This document shows positions 27,449-41,825 of a stretch of 64,000 nt of DNA, piece after piece (the first letter of the stretch is position 1; the number at the start of each line of letters is the position of its first letter). Position numbers and translations under genes: made by a program. This DNA comes from Octopus vulgaris. Its lineage: Eukaryota. The stretch is taken from positions 45,756,001-45,820,000 of the forward strand of contig OX597819.1 of assembly GCA_951406725.2 (NCBI GenBank). Reading direction: 5' to 3'. Below the pieces are notes generated by a model that was given only the letters and a program-made list of their open reading frames with translations, made no database searches and was not told the origin of the DNA.

Positions 27449-27677
27449 TTTTACTACTGTTTACTATTTGTTGTGATTTATTGATTTAAAATAAGATTTT
27501 TTTCTATAGTATATGTTTTCTATATGGTGTAAATAACATCTTTTTTTTATTGAATAGTTTAATAGTGGTTTTTCTCTAAATTATACACAGATATTGTATG
27601 TTGTGAAATTTGATTTAAAATGGTTAAATTGAATTTTTCCCTGTATGTTTTGGAATTATATTCCCTACTATTATTAA

Positions 27678-27737
<60 letters not shown>

Positions 27738-27738
<1 letters not shown>

Positions 27739-28288
27739 GAGCGAGAGAGCAGTTCATGCCATCAAAGTGACACTGGGGTAAAATATACGAAGCCCAGTAT
27801 ACCCACCATGACTACCCGTCTGATAAGGGTACACCAGGCACATGCATCACAACCATATGTGCGCGACATGGTGATCTCATATCAAGATAAACAGCACATG
27901 ACCTTGCAGGTGGGGCCCAATTAGAATTTTCTTCAGGTTGAGTAGCCCATCCCGCTCAAATAGTCCCTGAATAAGGGTTGTTTAAGGATGTTGAAAGAAC
28001 CACCCATGTTTCCAGAGGTGAACTATTCAAACCCCAAAGAATCCCTCTCAACACATGGCTATGATGCTCCCCCACTACTTCTGCTCGTGATCAGAGATGC
28101 ACATATCGTCAGCCACTAAGGGACATGCTCAACTGGTTAAGGTCAAACAACTGACAAGCAAATCTGTGGTATTGAGCAGAATATTTGCTGTAGCCCATCT
28201 TTTATACCAAGACAAAACAATGTACATGATAACACTTCCAATCAGTTAAGATCAGAAGCCATGAGAGCCACTGCCTGGTACTGCATCT
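27738..28288 (-). mobile_element. ~550 bp non-coding retroposon with (TAA)n flanks
   Basis: Highly similar to 51174-51731; 5'-truncated copy at 36976-37121. Confidence 0.8.
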
Positions 28289-28304
28289 ATTATTATTATT
28301 ATTA

Positions 28305-28862
28305 TTATCTTTTTTTCTTCTTCTTTCAAATTTGCTTCCATTTCTTGCCAAGTGTCTTCGACTCCTAGGGCAAAGAACTCATAGTATACATTGTTAGGCC
28401 ATTAAACTAAACTCACTAGTTCGTTCATTTTTTTAAGTTAAATTAAAATACATGGGTAGTAATAGTTTTAACATCGACAATGCTCTTCTCAATACGTGTG
28501 ATGTACCAGTTAAGACAATCTTTTGCACTTCTTGCAGGGATGGTAAGCCAGGGATCATTCTCATGTAATTTTCGGTTCCCTTCTTGATCATTCCTAGTGC
28601 TCCTACGATCACTGGTATTGTAACCGCCTTGAGATGCCACATTTTCTCAATTTCAATGAGCAGGTCTTTATATTTTCTGAGCTTGTCAAACTCTTTTGCC
28701 GAGATATTATGATCACAGGGGATGCTCATGTCGATCAATAAGCAAACTTTATTGTTTTGGTCTTTCACAACAATATCTGGTTTATTGGCTTTGATGGTTC
28801 GGTCTGTATGTACTGGAAGTCCCACAGAGTCGTTACATTGGAAAGTCCCACAGAATCGTTAC
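28305..28862 (-). mobile_element. 5'-truncated R4/Dong-like element: RLE domain plus 3' UTR
   Basis: ORF 28433-28825 TDRTIKANKPDIVV...LLIDMSIP...KLRKYKDL (PD..D..K..KY motif); (TAA)n flanks. Confidence 0.85.
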
Positions 28863-28871
28863 ATTTTATTA

Positions 28872-28957
<86 letters not shown>

Positions 28958-29240
28958 TTCATTTTTAATATTTATTGTATAATTTTTTCTTTAACAAGTA
29001 AACGCCTTTCCTCAGTTTCTATTTATTTAGATAGCTATATTTTCAACCAATACAATTCTTGTGTGTCATTTTCTAAATTCTATCCAATTTTTATGTCAAT
29101 ATTCAAGATGTATCCATACTGAGTTAATTATATACCGCTAATATGATTATAATCTTGTGAACGTTGGAAGCTCGATATGGTCATTTGTGACTCTTCGGCT
29201 TCTAATAGAATACACATTTCAGAAACCCACGCATATAAGT

Positions 29241-29288
<48 letters not shown>

Positions 29289-29311
29289 TTATTTATATAT
29301 ATATATATATA

Positions 29312-29360
<49 letters not shown>

Positions 29361-29378
29361 TATTTTATATATATATAT

Positions 29379-29870
29379 AATAATATGTTACATTACTCAA
29401 TAGTCAAGATAAAACTCTGAGTTTCAGATACCGAAGTGGAAATCCACAACACCATCTCTTCGGTTATCTGGCCATCTGAAAAACGCTATGAAAAAATACC
29501 GTTATATAAAGGGAAATTACTGTATTATAATTCTGCTTGCGAACCCACATGCGTACTTATACGTCACTATGAAAACGTACACATCTTCACTCGCATTTTT
29601 CGCCAAATATATACGCATATATATACGCGAATGCGTATATATTTGGTGAAAAATGCGAGTGAAGATGTGTACGTCTTCATAGTGACGTATAAGTACGCAC
29701 GTGCGTTCGCAAGCAGAATTATAATACAGTAATTTCCCTTTATATAACGGTATTTTTTCATAGCGTTTTTCAGATGGCCAGATAACCGAAGAGATGGTGT
29801 TGTGGATTTCTACTTCGGCATCTGAAACTCAGAGTTTTATCTTGACTATTGAGTAATGTAACATATTATT
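29379..29870. repeat. ~490 bp near-perfect palindrome (~240 bp arms), part of element 29379-29946
   Basis: Left arm is the reverse complement of the right arm with few mismatches; centre at ~29625; (TA)n flanks. Confidence 0.95.
29780..29842 (+). ncRNA. Hammerhead motif (core CCGAAGA), mirrored at 29407-29469 (-)
   Basis: AGATAA-CCGAAGA-GATG...CATC-T-GAAAC-T CAG A-GTT-TTATCT. Confidence 0.6.
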
Positions 29871-30049
29871 TTATAGATAAATTTCCTCTATTTACAGAAT
29901 ATTGAGGACTCTTTCTTTCTTTTGTTATCTCACCGTTTTTACCAATATATATATATATATATATATATACAATTGCAACGTGGAAGGTGTTTATAAGCCA
30001 TTTAACAAACGAACAAAAACCGTTAGATTCACTTCAACATTTAAATTTA

Positions 30050-30102
30050 ATTTGTCAAAATATTTTCGTTGCTTTGAGACCGCGACCTGTTCACTGACAA
30101 AT
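30050..30102 (-). ncRNA. Hammerhead-shaped motif with non-canonical core
   Basis: Minus ATTTGTCA-GTGAACA-G-GTCGC...GCAAC-GAAA-ATAT-TT-TGACAAAT: stems fit but core deviates at two positions. Confidence 0.35.
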
Positions 30103-30755
30103 CTTCGTGCAATTGTTTTCGTTCCAGCACACGATCTCAGATCAAGTCCCTCGCTACGCAAGTATATCTCCGTAATACACACACACACACACACAATACA
30201 TATATAAGCGTATATCTGATTTACGTATGATAGTAATGGTCCAGATATCAGTGATTTTCCCAGGGTCACTCCAACCAGCAATTTCATTCCAGCACTCAGT
30301 CTCTCAATCATTTCTGCCTTCGTCTCTCTGTATACTTTCACGTTAAATGTCCCCATATTTATATCACAATTAAACCTTAAGACCTCAACACACATATACA
30401 TATAATAGTAATGCAGAATTAGAATTATACAACTAATGATTTTTTATTAAATAAAATACACATATCTTTATTCCAAAGAATCTCTGTCTACACACGTTTA
30501 TATATAGATATATTTATAATTATACACTCCCAGGTACACCAATACATAGGAGACATTGTTTGTGTGCGTGTGTGTGTATAACAATATATATCCTCAATGT
30601 GTTTCTAATTTCCAATTTTGTATAGCAATTTCTTTCAAAATGTCCAATATTCATATATATACATACATACACACGCACATACATACATACATACATACAT
30701 ACATACATACATACATACATACATACATACATACATAAATACATACATACATATA

Positions 30756-30815
<60 letters not shown>

Positions 30816-30904
30816 TCTCTGTTATGTCACTTCTAGAACAGCATTTTTGAAAGCTAGACTTTGACACTTTGAAGAAGCATCTGCATGTGTGTGTGTGTTT
30901 GTTA

Positions 30905-30957
<53 letters not shown>

Positions 30958-31398
30958 TAAATTGAATATACGCAGATGTGTAATTAGATATATATGTGTA
31001 TATATTTTATAAATTTATGTGTCATACATATGCACAAGTATATGCGTATATATACGCGTAATAATACAGTTATATGTATACAAACACACAATACACACAC
31101 ATACGCATATAAATAAATGCACACCCATACCTATATATGCATACGCATAAACAGAAAATTGATATCAGAACTTTTACATATATGTTTGTCATGATGTATG
31201 CATATATATGTATGTATGTACCAATTTATTTATTTATGCATGTATATACATGTATACATATAACTATAGTTATATAAATATATACATATAGACACATATG
31301 CATGCATAAATATATACATACGTATATACATACACGCACATATACGTATATATATATATGCATGCAAAATGATGCATGCATACTTATATGTATGCATA

Positions 31399-31459
<61 letters not shown>

Positions 31460-32117
31460 TTATATATATATACATATATATACATATGTGTAGATACATA
31501 TATATCCATATGTTTTTTCTAAGACTCAATCAATCAAGTACCGGGGAATGAATAAAAAATAAATTTTTGATAACGATATTTTATGGCAAAGAGAGCAAAT
31601 TTGAAAATAACCCAATAAAAATATATATACCAGCATTGATAAAAAGAAACTTTCCAATAAGTAGAAAAAAAAAGTACAGCAACAATAACAGATGAATTAA
31701 GTCCCACCTGTACAGATGCCCGCGTCATCGACATGAATATGGTGAGTACCAAGCAGAAAAAAGAAAGAAAAATTTCCAAGACTTGCTAAGTTTTTCTTTT
31801 TCGGGAATGTTTCGAGAATACGAGCTATGTATGAAAGGTCCAGCGAGACTGCCAAAATTTATTTGGACAAGCAGACAAACAAACCAACAAACAAACAAAA
31901 ATAATACATAGACACAAACACACACTCATGCGCATACACACACAAACATATACAGACTCACACACACATATATATATATTTATTTATATCAATAAATATA
32001 TAAGTAAATAATTTCAATGAAAGATGATAAAAAGTTTTTATATGAGATTCCTTCTTTGACTTTATTATTATCATTGACTTTATCACTATTGTTGTTTGTG
32101 ATGTTATCGTTGTTATG

Positions 32118-32227
<110 letters not shown>

Positions 32228-33299
32228 CAATATTTCTCAATGAGAATCTGGTGTCAGCCTCAATATGCTAAGAATAATATGTATATATGATATATATATA
32301 TATATCTTAGACACACACACATACACACATATATATTTAATATGTGTGTTGCGCGAGTATATATGTAGAAATATATATATGCATGTGATATCTATATAGT
32401 ACATAGTTGTGTATATATTTATGCTGTATCATATATGTGTGTGTGTGTGTGTATGTGTATTCACACTTACATTTATATATATGCAAACACACACATAGTG
32501 CTATAGTGTGCATGTGTCTCTGCGTGTATTATGTCTCCGCGTGGGCATCTACATAATATCATTTTTATTTTGTTCTCTTTAGAAATAATAAAAAAAGAAC
32601 ACTGTCTTGTCTTTCTTCTTTATTCCTTTCTTCCACCTCGTCTTCTAATTCCTCGCATTTATTATGGTTGAACTTCGTGATGGTGTGCTGCATTGTATGT
32701 AATCACTGTCTACTGCTCAGTTTCGATATGCAGTTGAGGCTCTTTCAATTCACTTAGCCCATTAATATTTGCTAAAACAGTTAGCTGGTAATCCTGAACA
32801 AAGACATTCTTGACAAGCGTCATTCGGAATTCAAATAGAGCAGACGTTCTTTCTCGTTTGCTTTTCCTCCATTTTGTTGTACGTATATCTATTTATTTGA
32901 GCGCGCTAAAACTACGTAACATACCTGAACTACCTGAACTGATGCTTCTTATTCTTTTCTTTTCTTTTCTTTTTTGTACTATAGAGTTCAATTCCTCTCG
33001 GGTTTCATCTTACGTAAGTTACTAATACGATAAGAATTGCCGTTACTAGTCGTGTGTACAAGGGTAACACAATAACCTCCACCACCACCAGCAACGTCAC
33101 ATCCACCACAACATCACCACCAACACCACCACCATCACATCCACCACCGTCCCATCCACCATGCCTATTACATTCATCATCAACATCACATCCACTACCA
33201 TCACGATTACATCCTCTCTCTCCACCTCCACCATGAACACCACAACAAACCAACGTTACAATCCCTACCACAACTGCACGTGGAATAATTTGCTACTAT

Positions 33300-33800
33300 A
33301 AATTTGCTTGGCTACTATAAACTGAACTGTTAAATCAGATATACCTCTAACCACGAATGACTCTACCAACGCAGATTTTAATGTACGTAAAGCGATAACA
33401 TGGTCAGCATCCACCAAGCTATGCAAAGTTTGGAAAGCACCACGGCTGTTGTGTGGCATGGAAATACACTCGTTTCGTGCTGCAGTAGAATCTATTCTGA
33501 CCTGCGGCACTGAATGCTGGTGTCGTACAGTTGTCCACCAGTGATCAGTAGATGCCACATGCTCCCGTCTTCTGTGTAAGGCTTTTAACATCTCTTATGC
33601 TGATCATATATCAAACTAGTCGCTACATAGTTCTTTGACGCCCGTCAGCTAGACATTCAAAGAAGGCCAAAATTTACAGGCCATAGTTTTGTCGAACAAA
33701 TCAAAGTGTCACTTCGCTTTTTCTCCTCTATAACTCCGCGGGAACTTTCAAACCTGATGGTCAAGCTTGCATGATGTATGTCCGTAAACTTAAGCGGGAC
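33300..33800 (+). pseudogene. RTE-like LINE RT C-terminal relic
   Basis: Hand translation: DFNVRKAITWSASTKLCKVWK and FRAAVESILTCGTECW (cf. ...ESILLYGSETW). Confidence 0.6.
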
Positions 33801-34234
33801 ACAGGATTATGCACTAGTTGGTATGTGTAATATCATCTCACACAGCCTGCAGGGCAATTTGTTCTGTCAATTTGGAGTTGATGTCCTCGAGTGAAGTGGC
33901 GTAGATTAAAGAGAGACTAATAAAGAAGTAATTCAGTCAATTGACCTAACAGAGATAGTGGCAAATTATTCCGCAATTTATGCACTATCGTCATCAAAGA
34001 AGGCGGTCATATGGCGTATTGTTGCTATGGTACGCTGTGTCTCGGAAAAAGTTTAGTTTTCTGAATGCTAGGATGCTTTTTGATCATATATTAGTCTGAT
34101 CCCTAAGACCTATCTGAAAGGCAAAACAACAGAAGTAACAACATCCACAACAGCAGCAGAATAAGTGGCAGCAGTAACAGCAATTGTGGCTGTAGTAGCA
34201 GCAGCAATGGCGGCGGCGACAGCAGCAACAGTTG

Positions 34235-34420
34235 GGGTGCAGTGGCACAGTGGTTGGTGTAGCGGACTCGCGGTCGTAAGAACGCGGTTTCGATTCCCAG
34301 ACCGGGCATTGCAAGTGTTTATTGAGCAAAAACACCTAAGATCCACGAGGCTCCGGCGTGGGGGTGGTGAACCCCGCTGTACTCTTTCACCACAGCTTTC
34401 TCTCACTCATTCTTCCTACT
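34235..34420 (+). mobile_element. tRNA-derived SINE
   Basis: GGTGCAGTGGCACAGTGGTTGGTGTAGCGGACTCGCGGTCG...GGTTTCGATTCCC. Confidence 0.7.
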
Positions 34421-34699
34421 TCTGCCTCATAGCAGAGGAACCATGGTGTAACCCTCTATGGTGTGGTAAACTTTCAGACCTTAGTCTACATTACGAATCC
34501 TCTGTACCCCAGGATGGTTCAGTTCGCCACCCGTTAAAAGCTACCGTTTATGGAATGAGGATAACAACGTAGCTTTCGCGCCCGTGCAGTCTATCGCGTA
34601 TGGTGGATGGATCTCCAAGGTGCCACACGGATTCTTAATAACTTAGGCTAGGCTCGAATTAGAGATTATTCTTTGTGGCTAATGGCGTGAGTCCTGATT

Positions 34700-34727
34700 G
34701 GAGGAAGAAGAAGAAGAAGAAGAAGAA

Positions 34728-34774
<47 letters not shown>

Positions 34775-35115
34775 AGAAGAAGAAGAAGAAGAAGAAGAAG
34801 AAGGAGGAGGAGGAGGAGGAGGAGAGGGAGGAGAAGAGGAAGAAGGAGGAGGAGGAGGAGGAGGAGAGGGAGGAGAAGAAGAAGAAGAAGAAGAAGAAGA
34901 AGAAGGAGGAGGAGGGGGAGGGCGACGGCGGAAGATGAGGAGGAGACGAAGAAGAAAAAGAAGAAAAAGAAGAAAAAAAGAAGGAGGAGAATGAGAAGGA
35001 GGAGGGCGGCGGCGGAAGAGGAGGAGGAGGAGGAGAGAAGAAGAAGAAGAAGAAGAAGAAGAAGAAGAAGAAGAAGAAGAAGAAGAAGAAGAAGAAGAAG
35101 AAGATGAAGAAGAAG
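34700..35115. repeat. (GAA)n/(GGA)n polypurine tract
   Basis: Direct reading. Confidence 0.95.
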
Positions 35116-35633
35116 AGAGCAGCAGCATCATTCCATACAATCGGAGAAGCAGCACTGTAGACATCCAATATGACAGATAAAAACGTATCGATGACGTCGA
35201 TTAGTGTCACCTAGTTCCGAAAGTAAACCATTGCAAATATCGGCAATGATAGATGTCATTCTACCATTGAAGGATTTAAAATTAGCGCTCAATACATCTC
35301 ATGAGTGAAATATTGGATGTCAACGTTGACAAGGATTCCTATTATTTCACGGCATTCTTCCACTTTTCATGATGACCGAGTAGGCAGTTTTAACGCGTTT
35401 CAGCTGACTTTTTCAGTAAAGTAGCCATGCTATGTTGTTTCAATTTCATTTTAGCCCTAGGAAGATGCAGTACAACTTTGATTTGGTATATTGTTATTGA
35501 AAGAAATCATTCTGAGTAGGATCTAGATTACCCTGCGGGCCATTAAAATATATCCTCCTTTCAATCAAGTAAACCTCAACATTCCGCGTACATACATTTA
35601 ATGCCAGATGCTTTCAAAACATTCTCTCATACA

Positions 35634-35735
<102 letters not shown>

Positions 35736-36109
35736 TATATTTTTATGTACATGTATGTATTTAAGTATGCATGTATGTATGTATATATATGTATGTATGT
35801 ATGTATGTATATATATGTATATATATATATATGTGTGTGTGTATGTATATACATATATGCATACATATCTATCTATCTATCTACACTCATTTATATATAC
35901 ATGTACATATATATATGTGCGTATATATATACAGATATATATGTGTGTATACATATATATATATATATACAAATATATATATACATACAAACATACATGG
36001 GTACATACACGCACGCACACGCAGACACAAACATAGTTAAATAATAAAAAAACATATAGCTATAAAATTATAAAAGTTTTGGGTCATTAAATCATAGATG
36101 TGTAATTTT

Positions 36110-36925
36110 ATACGTTTTAAATAAATTAAAATAAGTACCAGTTAAACGCTAGGAGTCGATGAAACCAACTAGTCATCTCCCCCAAATAATTCATGCCCTG
36201 TGCCTCTAGTAGAAAGCATTATTATTGTCATCACTAAAAAACATTGTTATTACAACAATCATCAATATGGCATGCTGACAGAGCCGTCAGAACGCCGGGC
36301 GAAATGCTTAGCCATATTTCATCAATCTTTACGTGCTGAGTTCAAATTCTGCCGAGGTTGACTTAGCCTTTGCCTTTCATACGTTTCGGGGTCGATACAA
36401 TAAGTACCAGTTGTGATATACTTAACCCTCCCGCAAACTGCTGGCCTGGTGCCAAAATTTGAAATGATTATCATCGACCTCACTAAGGCGGTGACCTGGC
36501 AAAAGTGTTAGCACCCCAGGTTAAAAGCTTAGCGGTATTTCGCCCGTCGCTACGTTCTGAGTTCAAATTCCACCGAAGTCGACTTTGCCTTTCATCCATT
36601 CGGATTCGATAAAATAAGTACCAGGTGAGTACTGGAGTCAATGTAATTGACTACACCCTCTCCAAATTTCAGGCTTTGTAACAATAGTAGAAAGGATTAT
36701 TGTTGCCTTCACCAGGGCGGCTAGTTGTCAAAATCCTTAGCATGCCTAATAAACTACTAAGCGGCATTTCTCACGTCCTTTCACTCTGAGATCAATTTCC
36801 GCCAAGGTCGGGTTTGCCTTTCGTCCTTTCGAGGTTGATAAACTTAGTACCAGTTGAGTACTGAGGTTTATGTAATCGACCATCCCTCCCCCAAAAGTTC
36901 AGGCATTGTGCCCAAAACAGGAAGG
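36110..36925 (+). mobile_element. Cluster of four degraded family A SINEs, same orientation
   Basis: Repeated TAAGTACCAG cores and GAGTTCAAATT B boxes. Confidence 0.75.
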
Positions 36926-36975
<50 letters not shown>

Positions 36976-36976
<1 letters not shown>

Positions 36977-37121
36977 GAGCGAGAGAGCAGTGCATGCCAT
37001 CAAAGTGACACTGGGATAAAATATACGAAGCCCAGTATACCCATCATGACTACTCGTCTGATAAGGGTACACTAGGTACATGCATCACAACCATATGTGC
37101 ACGACATGGTAATCTCATATC
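36976..37121 (-). mobile_element. 5'-truncated copy of the ~550 bp (TAA)n retroposon
   Basis: Matches 27738-27885. Confidence 0.8.
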
Positions 37122-37267
37122 TGTTATAATTTTTGATTGTTACACTGTTTTTACACGGTTTTTTACAAACGGACAAAACCCTTTGTAACCTTTCGTCTTG
37201 TTTTGTCCTTTTCTTGTTATAATTAATTTTTGTCAGCCCTTGTGGCCAATAAAAGAATTAATTATTA

Positions 37268-37331
<64 letters not shown>

Positions 37332-37342
37332 TATTATTATTA

Positions 37343-37425
<83 letters not shown>

Positions 37426-37465
37426 ACTATTATTATTATTATCATCATCATCATCATTACTCTAA

Positions 37466-37672
37466 GGCAAAGAGCTGGCAGGATCTTTAGCACGCCGGGC
37501 GAAATACTGCGAAGTATTTCGCCCGTTGCTACATTCTGAGTTCAAATTCCGTCGAGGTCGACTTTGCCTTTTATCCCTCGAGGTCGATAAAATAAGTCTC
37601 AGTTGAACACTGGGGTCGTTTAATCACCCATTCCCTATGCAAAATTTAAGGCCTTGTGCCCATGTTAGAAAT
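37466..37672 (+). mobile_element. SINE family A
   Basis: GAGCTGGCAGGATCTTTAGCACGCCGGGCGAAA...GAGTTCAAATTCC. Confidence 0.8.
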
Positions 37673-38486
37673 TGTTATTCTTATTATTATCAATGACCAC
37701 TAAAACTACACATCATTATAATCATCTACTACCCACATAAACTACTACCCACACACCCACTACTTCTAATACTACCATCAACACTAACTGCACAACACTC
37801 ATTATCACTACCATGAATTAATCAACATTAGCTCCAACGCTATTATTATTGTCAATTCCATTATCATCAATATCAACACTATCTCCAATATCAACACTAT
37901 CTCCACCAATAACACGGATATTAACAACAACAACACCACCATAAAAATAACATTCCTAAAGCAACCAATATTATCAACAACAACACCAACATTAACAACA
38001 TCAACGACACTATTATCTCTGAGAACACTATCACTATCACAATTACAAGCTAGCACCAACCAGCTAACCGACCGACCGGCCAACCAACTCTTGCCACTTC
38101 CGATGCGAGGTCTGAGTAAGTACGTGTCAATATGGAACGAGTTTGCATACGCAAAAAAAAAAAACGAAAAAAAATCCTAAAAAAAACAACGCACGAACAA
38201 CAACGAAAACAACAAAAGCACAACACAATACTAAACAAGTAAAATAAAACAAAAAAAAAAAGAAAAAGAATAATGAAAAAATCATGAAACAGGAAGAGTT
38301 TGAGGCGAAAAGCAAACAAAAGTTCAAAGGTTTGAAAAACGTATTAGATCTCTTGTCTCGTAAGTATAGACGTAAATATATTATGTTCAACAAGTGTTCA
38401 CACGTTTAGAGAAATAAGCAAACAAATATATGTATGTATGTATGTTTGTATGTATATATGAATGTATGTATGTATGTATCTATATG

Positions 38487-38520
<34 letters not shown>

Positions 38521-39304
38521 AGTTTACTACATACATGCATATATATATATGTATGTATGCATGTATGTATGTATTTATACACACATATACACCCGGCACA
38601 CCGCTATATATACGATAATGCATATATAAATACACGCGTACGTACATACGCAGCTAAACAAATAGACAATCGCACAGCTAGATGTTTGCACCAACATATA
38701 CACAATGCACATAGTGTATACAAAAAGAAACACATACATATATGCACACATATACGTCTATATATATATATATATATATAACACTAACACTACCCAACCA
38801 GTACGTACCTACCACATACCGTTAGACATAACTGATTGATTAATAAGATCGTTACACAAGTAGATAAAGGCAACTTGTCAAGATACACACGTCTACTTAT
38901 TCATATGTATGTGTAGTGGAATGGCAGGATAGGGGTACGTACTTAGCGCACGCACACAAAACACAAAAACGCATACGATAAATATGTTTTTATTCATTCA
39001 TTTACCTCTCTCAGTTTTTGGCCTGTGGCCATATTGTTGGTTTTCTATTCCCCCCCCTTTCTCTCTCTCTCTGTATACATCTGTTTGTATGGTATGTATG
39101 TGTGTATAACAACTGGAATAAGAAAACAAAAAATCAAATAGAGCTCACTGTAAGCTCTCTGCCGCCTGTTATGAACCTTTGAAGGAACACGTTGGATGAG
39201 ATGAAACTAGAGTTTAACCTTACTGAAGTTCTGAAAAATCAGGCATGAAAACAGTGGTGAGTATATATTTATTAACCAAACAAGAGAATTGAAAGAAGAG
39301 CTGT

Positions 39305-39776
39305 TTATTCCATTTGTTGACAGCTGTTTCGTAATACGTGATCAGTTACATCAGCGGTACTATATTGTTCAACACACACACACATAAATAATGATACTTT
39401 TAGATATACATATAGTCACGCAAATGTAACTGTGCAGTAACGTAATACATAGATTTCTCAACGGAACGACTCATAGGAAGCTAACATCACACCTCGCAAA
39501 TATTGACTTGATATGATCCCTATGAGGAATTTGTTCATTATGTTACAGTACAATTATATTAGTATTGATATATTGTTGTGCGGACGCCCCAGACGATGAA
39601 GTAGGCTAGCCCAATACGCAGATATAGAGGGAGAAATCTAGGCGTCGGGAGTTGAGTAGAGGTCATCGCAACGTGCGATATAACATATATATGTAAATTT
39701 GTTTCTGTGTCAGACGTTTAGCGACGTTAATGTAACTAGACACGGATTACGAAACAACTGTCAACAAATGGAATAA
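39305..39776. repeat. Inverted pair of ~47 bp HHR-derived segments
   Basis: TTATTCCATTTGTTGACAGCTGTTTCGTAATACGTG vs CACGGATTACGAAACAACTGTCAACAAATGGAATAA. Confidence 0.75.
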
Positions 39777-39797
39777 GCGCATCTTTATTTTTATTTG

Positions 39798-39855
<58 letters not shown>

Positions 39856-40020
39856 GTACACCCACGAACATATAGATAGATACGTAATCCAGACATCGTG
39901 TTTCTACCGCGTTAACGTCAAGGGAGCATGGACAGTTGCCAAACGTTTTAAATTAACTCTGGTGCAAATCAGGGATATTGCGCTAATACAACACTGCCAC
40001 CGCCACCACCGCTCATGCAG

Positions 40021-40075
<55 letters not shown>

Positions 40076-40164
40076 ACATGTGATAAACACAAGCACTTTC
40101 CTGAATGCATATACACATATGAATGTGTCGGTATTTGTACGTTATACACGAGTTTACAGACGCC

Positions 40165-40215
<51 letters not shown>

Positions 40216-41187
40216 AAATGTATACACCGGTATATATAAATATAAAATATGAATGCGTGTTTGTGTGTATACATGAATGTGTGCATGTGAAGCACAATAC
40301 ACACAGATTTATACCAGTGTGTGTACAATATTCATTTATATATATGACTTCTGTCGTATACAGAGAGACCATGTTTAAATATGTATATTCATATGAAAGG
40401 AAGTGGAAAGTGAACGTGGCGGGAGGCAGGGGAAATGTAGTGAGGCGTGGTACATGGTGAGAGATTCACGTGGAAGGCGTTGAGGAAGGTGTAATGGGAG
40501 GTGTTATGAAATTAACCACAAAAGGAAATTTTAATAAAATTTATACCTCACACCACCACCATCACTCAGCTTCGGTTCCACCAATAACGTTTGTGAATTA
40601 TACATAAATGACAATGGTCTCTTAATTAGTAAGTTATGTCTGTCATCTTTGTTATTGAAAACAGTAAGATATATAATGTAGATGAAGAGAGAAATAGCGT
40701 TAAAGTTGGACGTATTTGCTTGCGTAGGTTTTTGATGATGTCAGTGGTTTTTGCTGCTTTTTTTATATTTCTTGTGGTTGTTTTTGTTGTTGTTGTTATT
40801 AGTTATTTATCGCCAGATCAAACCTGATCGAGCTGACCTAATGTCAAACGTACTCCAGGCGTGGCCAACACTTTTTTCCCCAATCATTGTTTTAATCTGA
40901 AACACATTACCGAGTGTTTGGGCGCGTGACCTAAAGGTCAGAATGTGTTGCGCTTACAATCGCAAGAGCGTGATTTCGATTGTCCGTCTGGGCAGTGAGT
41001 TGAGTTCTTTAGAAAAACACCTCACGTTGCTCCAGTCCTCTCAGCTGTAAATGAATAACCCTACAACGGACTGGTATTCTGTTCAGTAAGAACATTGTGA
41101 TCTCGGTCATTTACACATCATGGAATTCTGATAATTGGCCCAATGAATCCTAGAACTCGAGACAGTACTTTACCTACAACAGTGATT

Positions 41188-41562
41188 TTTTCTACTCTAG
41201 CCACAGGACCCGAAATTGTTGGGGAGGAGGCCTAGTACGCAACTGGTACTTAATTTATCGACCTCAAAATTATGAAAGGTAAATTTGACCTCGGTGGAAT
41301 TTGAACTCAGAACGTAAAGACAGACGAAATACCTATTTCTTTACTACCCACAAGGGGCTAAACACAGGGGGGACGTACAAGGACAGACAAACGGATTAAG
41401 TCGATTATATCGACCCCAGTGCGTAACTGGTACTTATTTAATCGACCCCGAAAGGATAAAAGGCAAAGTCGACCTCGGCGGAATTTGAACTCTGAATGTA
41501 GCAGAAGACGAAATACCACTAAGAATTTCGCTCGCCTTGCTAACGTTTCTACCAGCTCGCCA
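41188..41562 (-). mobile_element. SINE family A tandem dimer
   Basis: Two consecutive family A cores on minus. Confidence 0.8.
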
Positions 41563-41599
41563 GTATATTACGAAGGAGGTCAGTCTACGTTACATTGCA

Positions 41600-41825
41600 A
41601 GGAGCATATGGCCTGTTTCCTGGTCTCACTGCTGTATATATTCCTCCTTGGATGGGACGCTGTTCCGTCGCAAGATTACTAATTTTTTACCATTTGAGTG
41701 CACTCGAGCAACGTGGGATGAAGTGCGTTGTTCAGAAATACAACCCATTACTCGGTCCATTTATAGAAACCACAATCTTACGATCATGAATCAAATCCCT
41801 AAACACTAAGCCACGCACCTCCACA
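41600..41825 (-). mobile_element. Degraded tRNA-derived SINE
   Basis: Minus head GGTGCGTGGCTTAGTGTTTAGGGATTTGATTCATGATCGTAAG. Confidence 0.6.
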
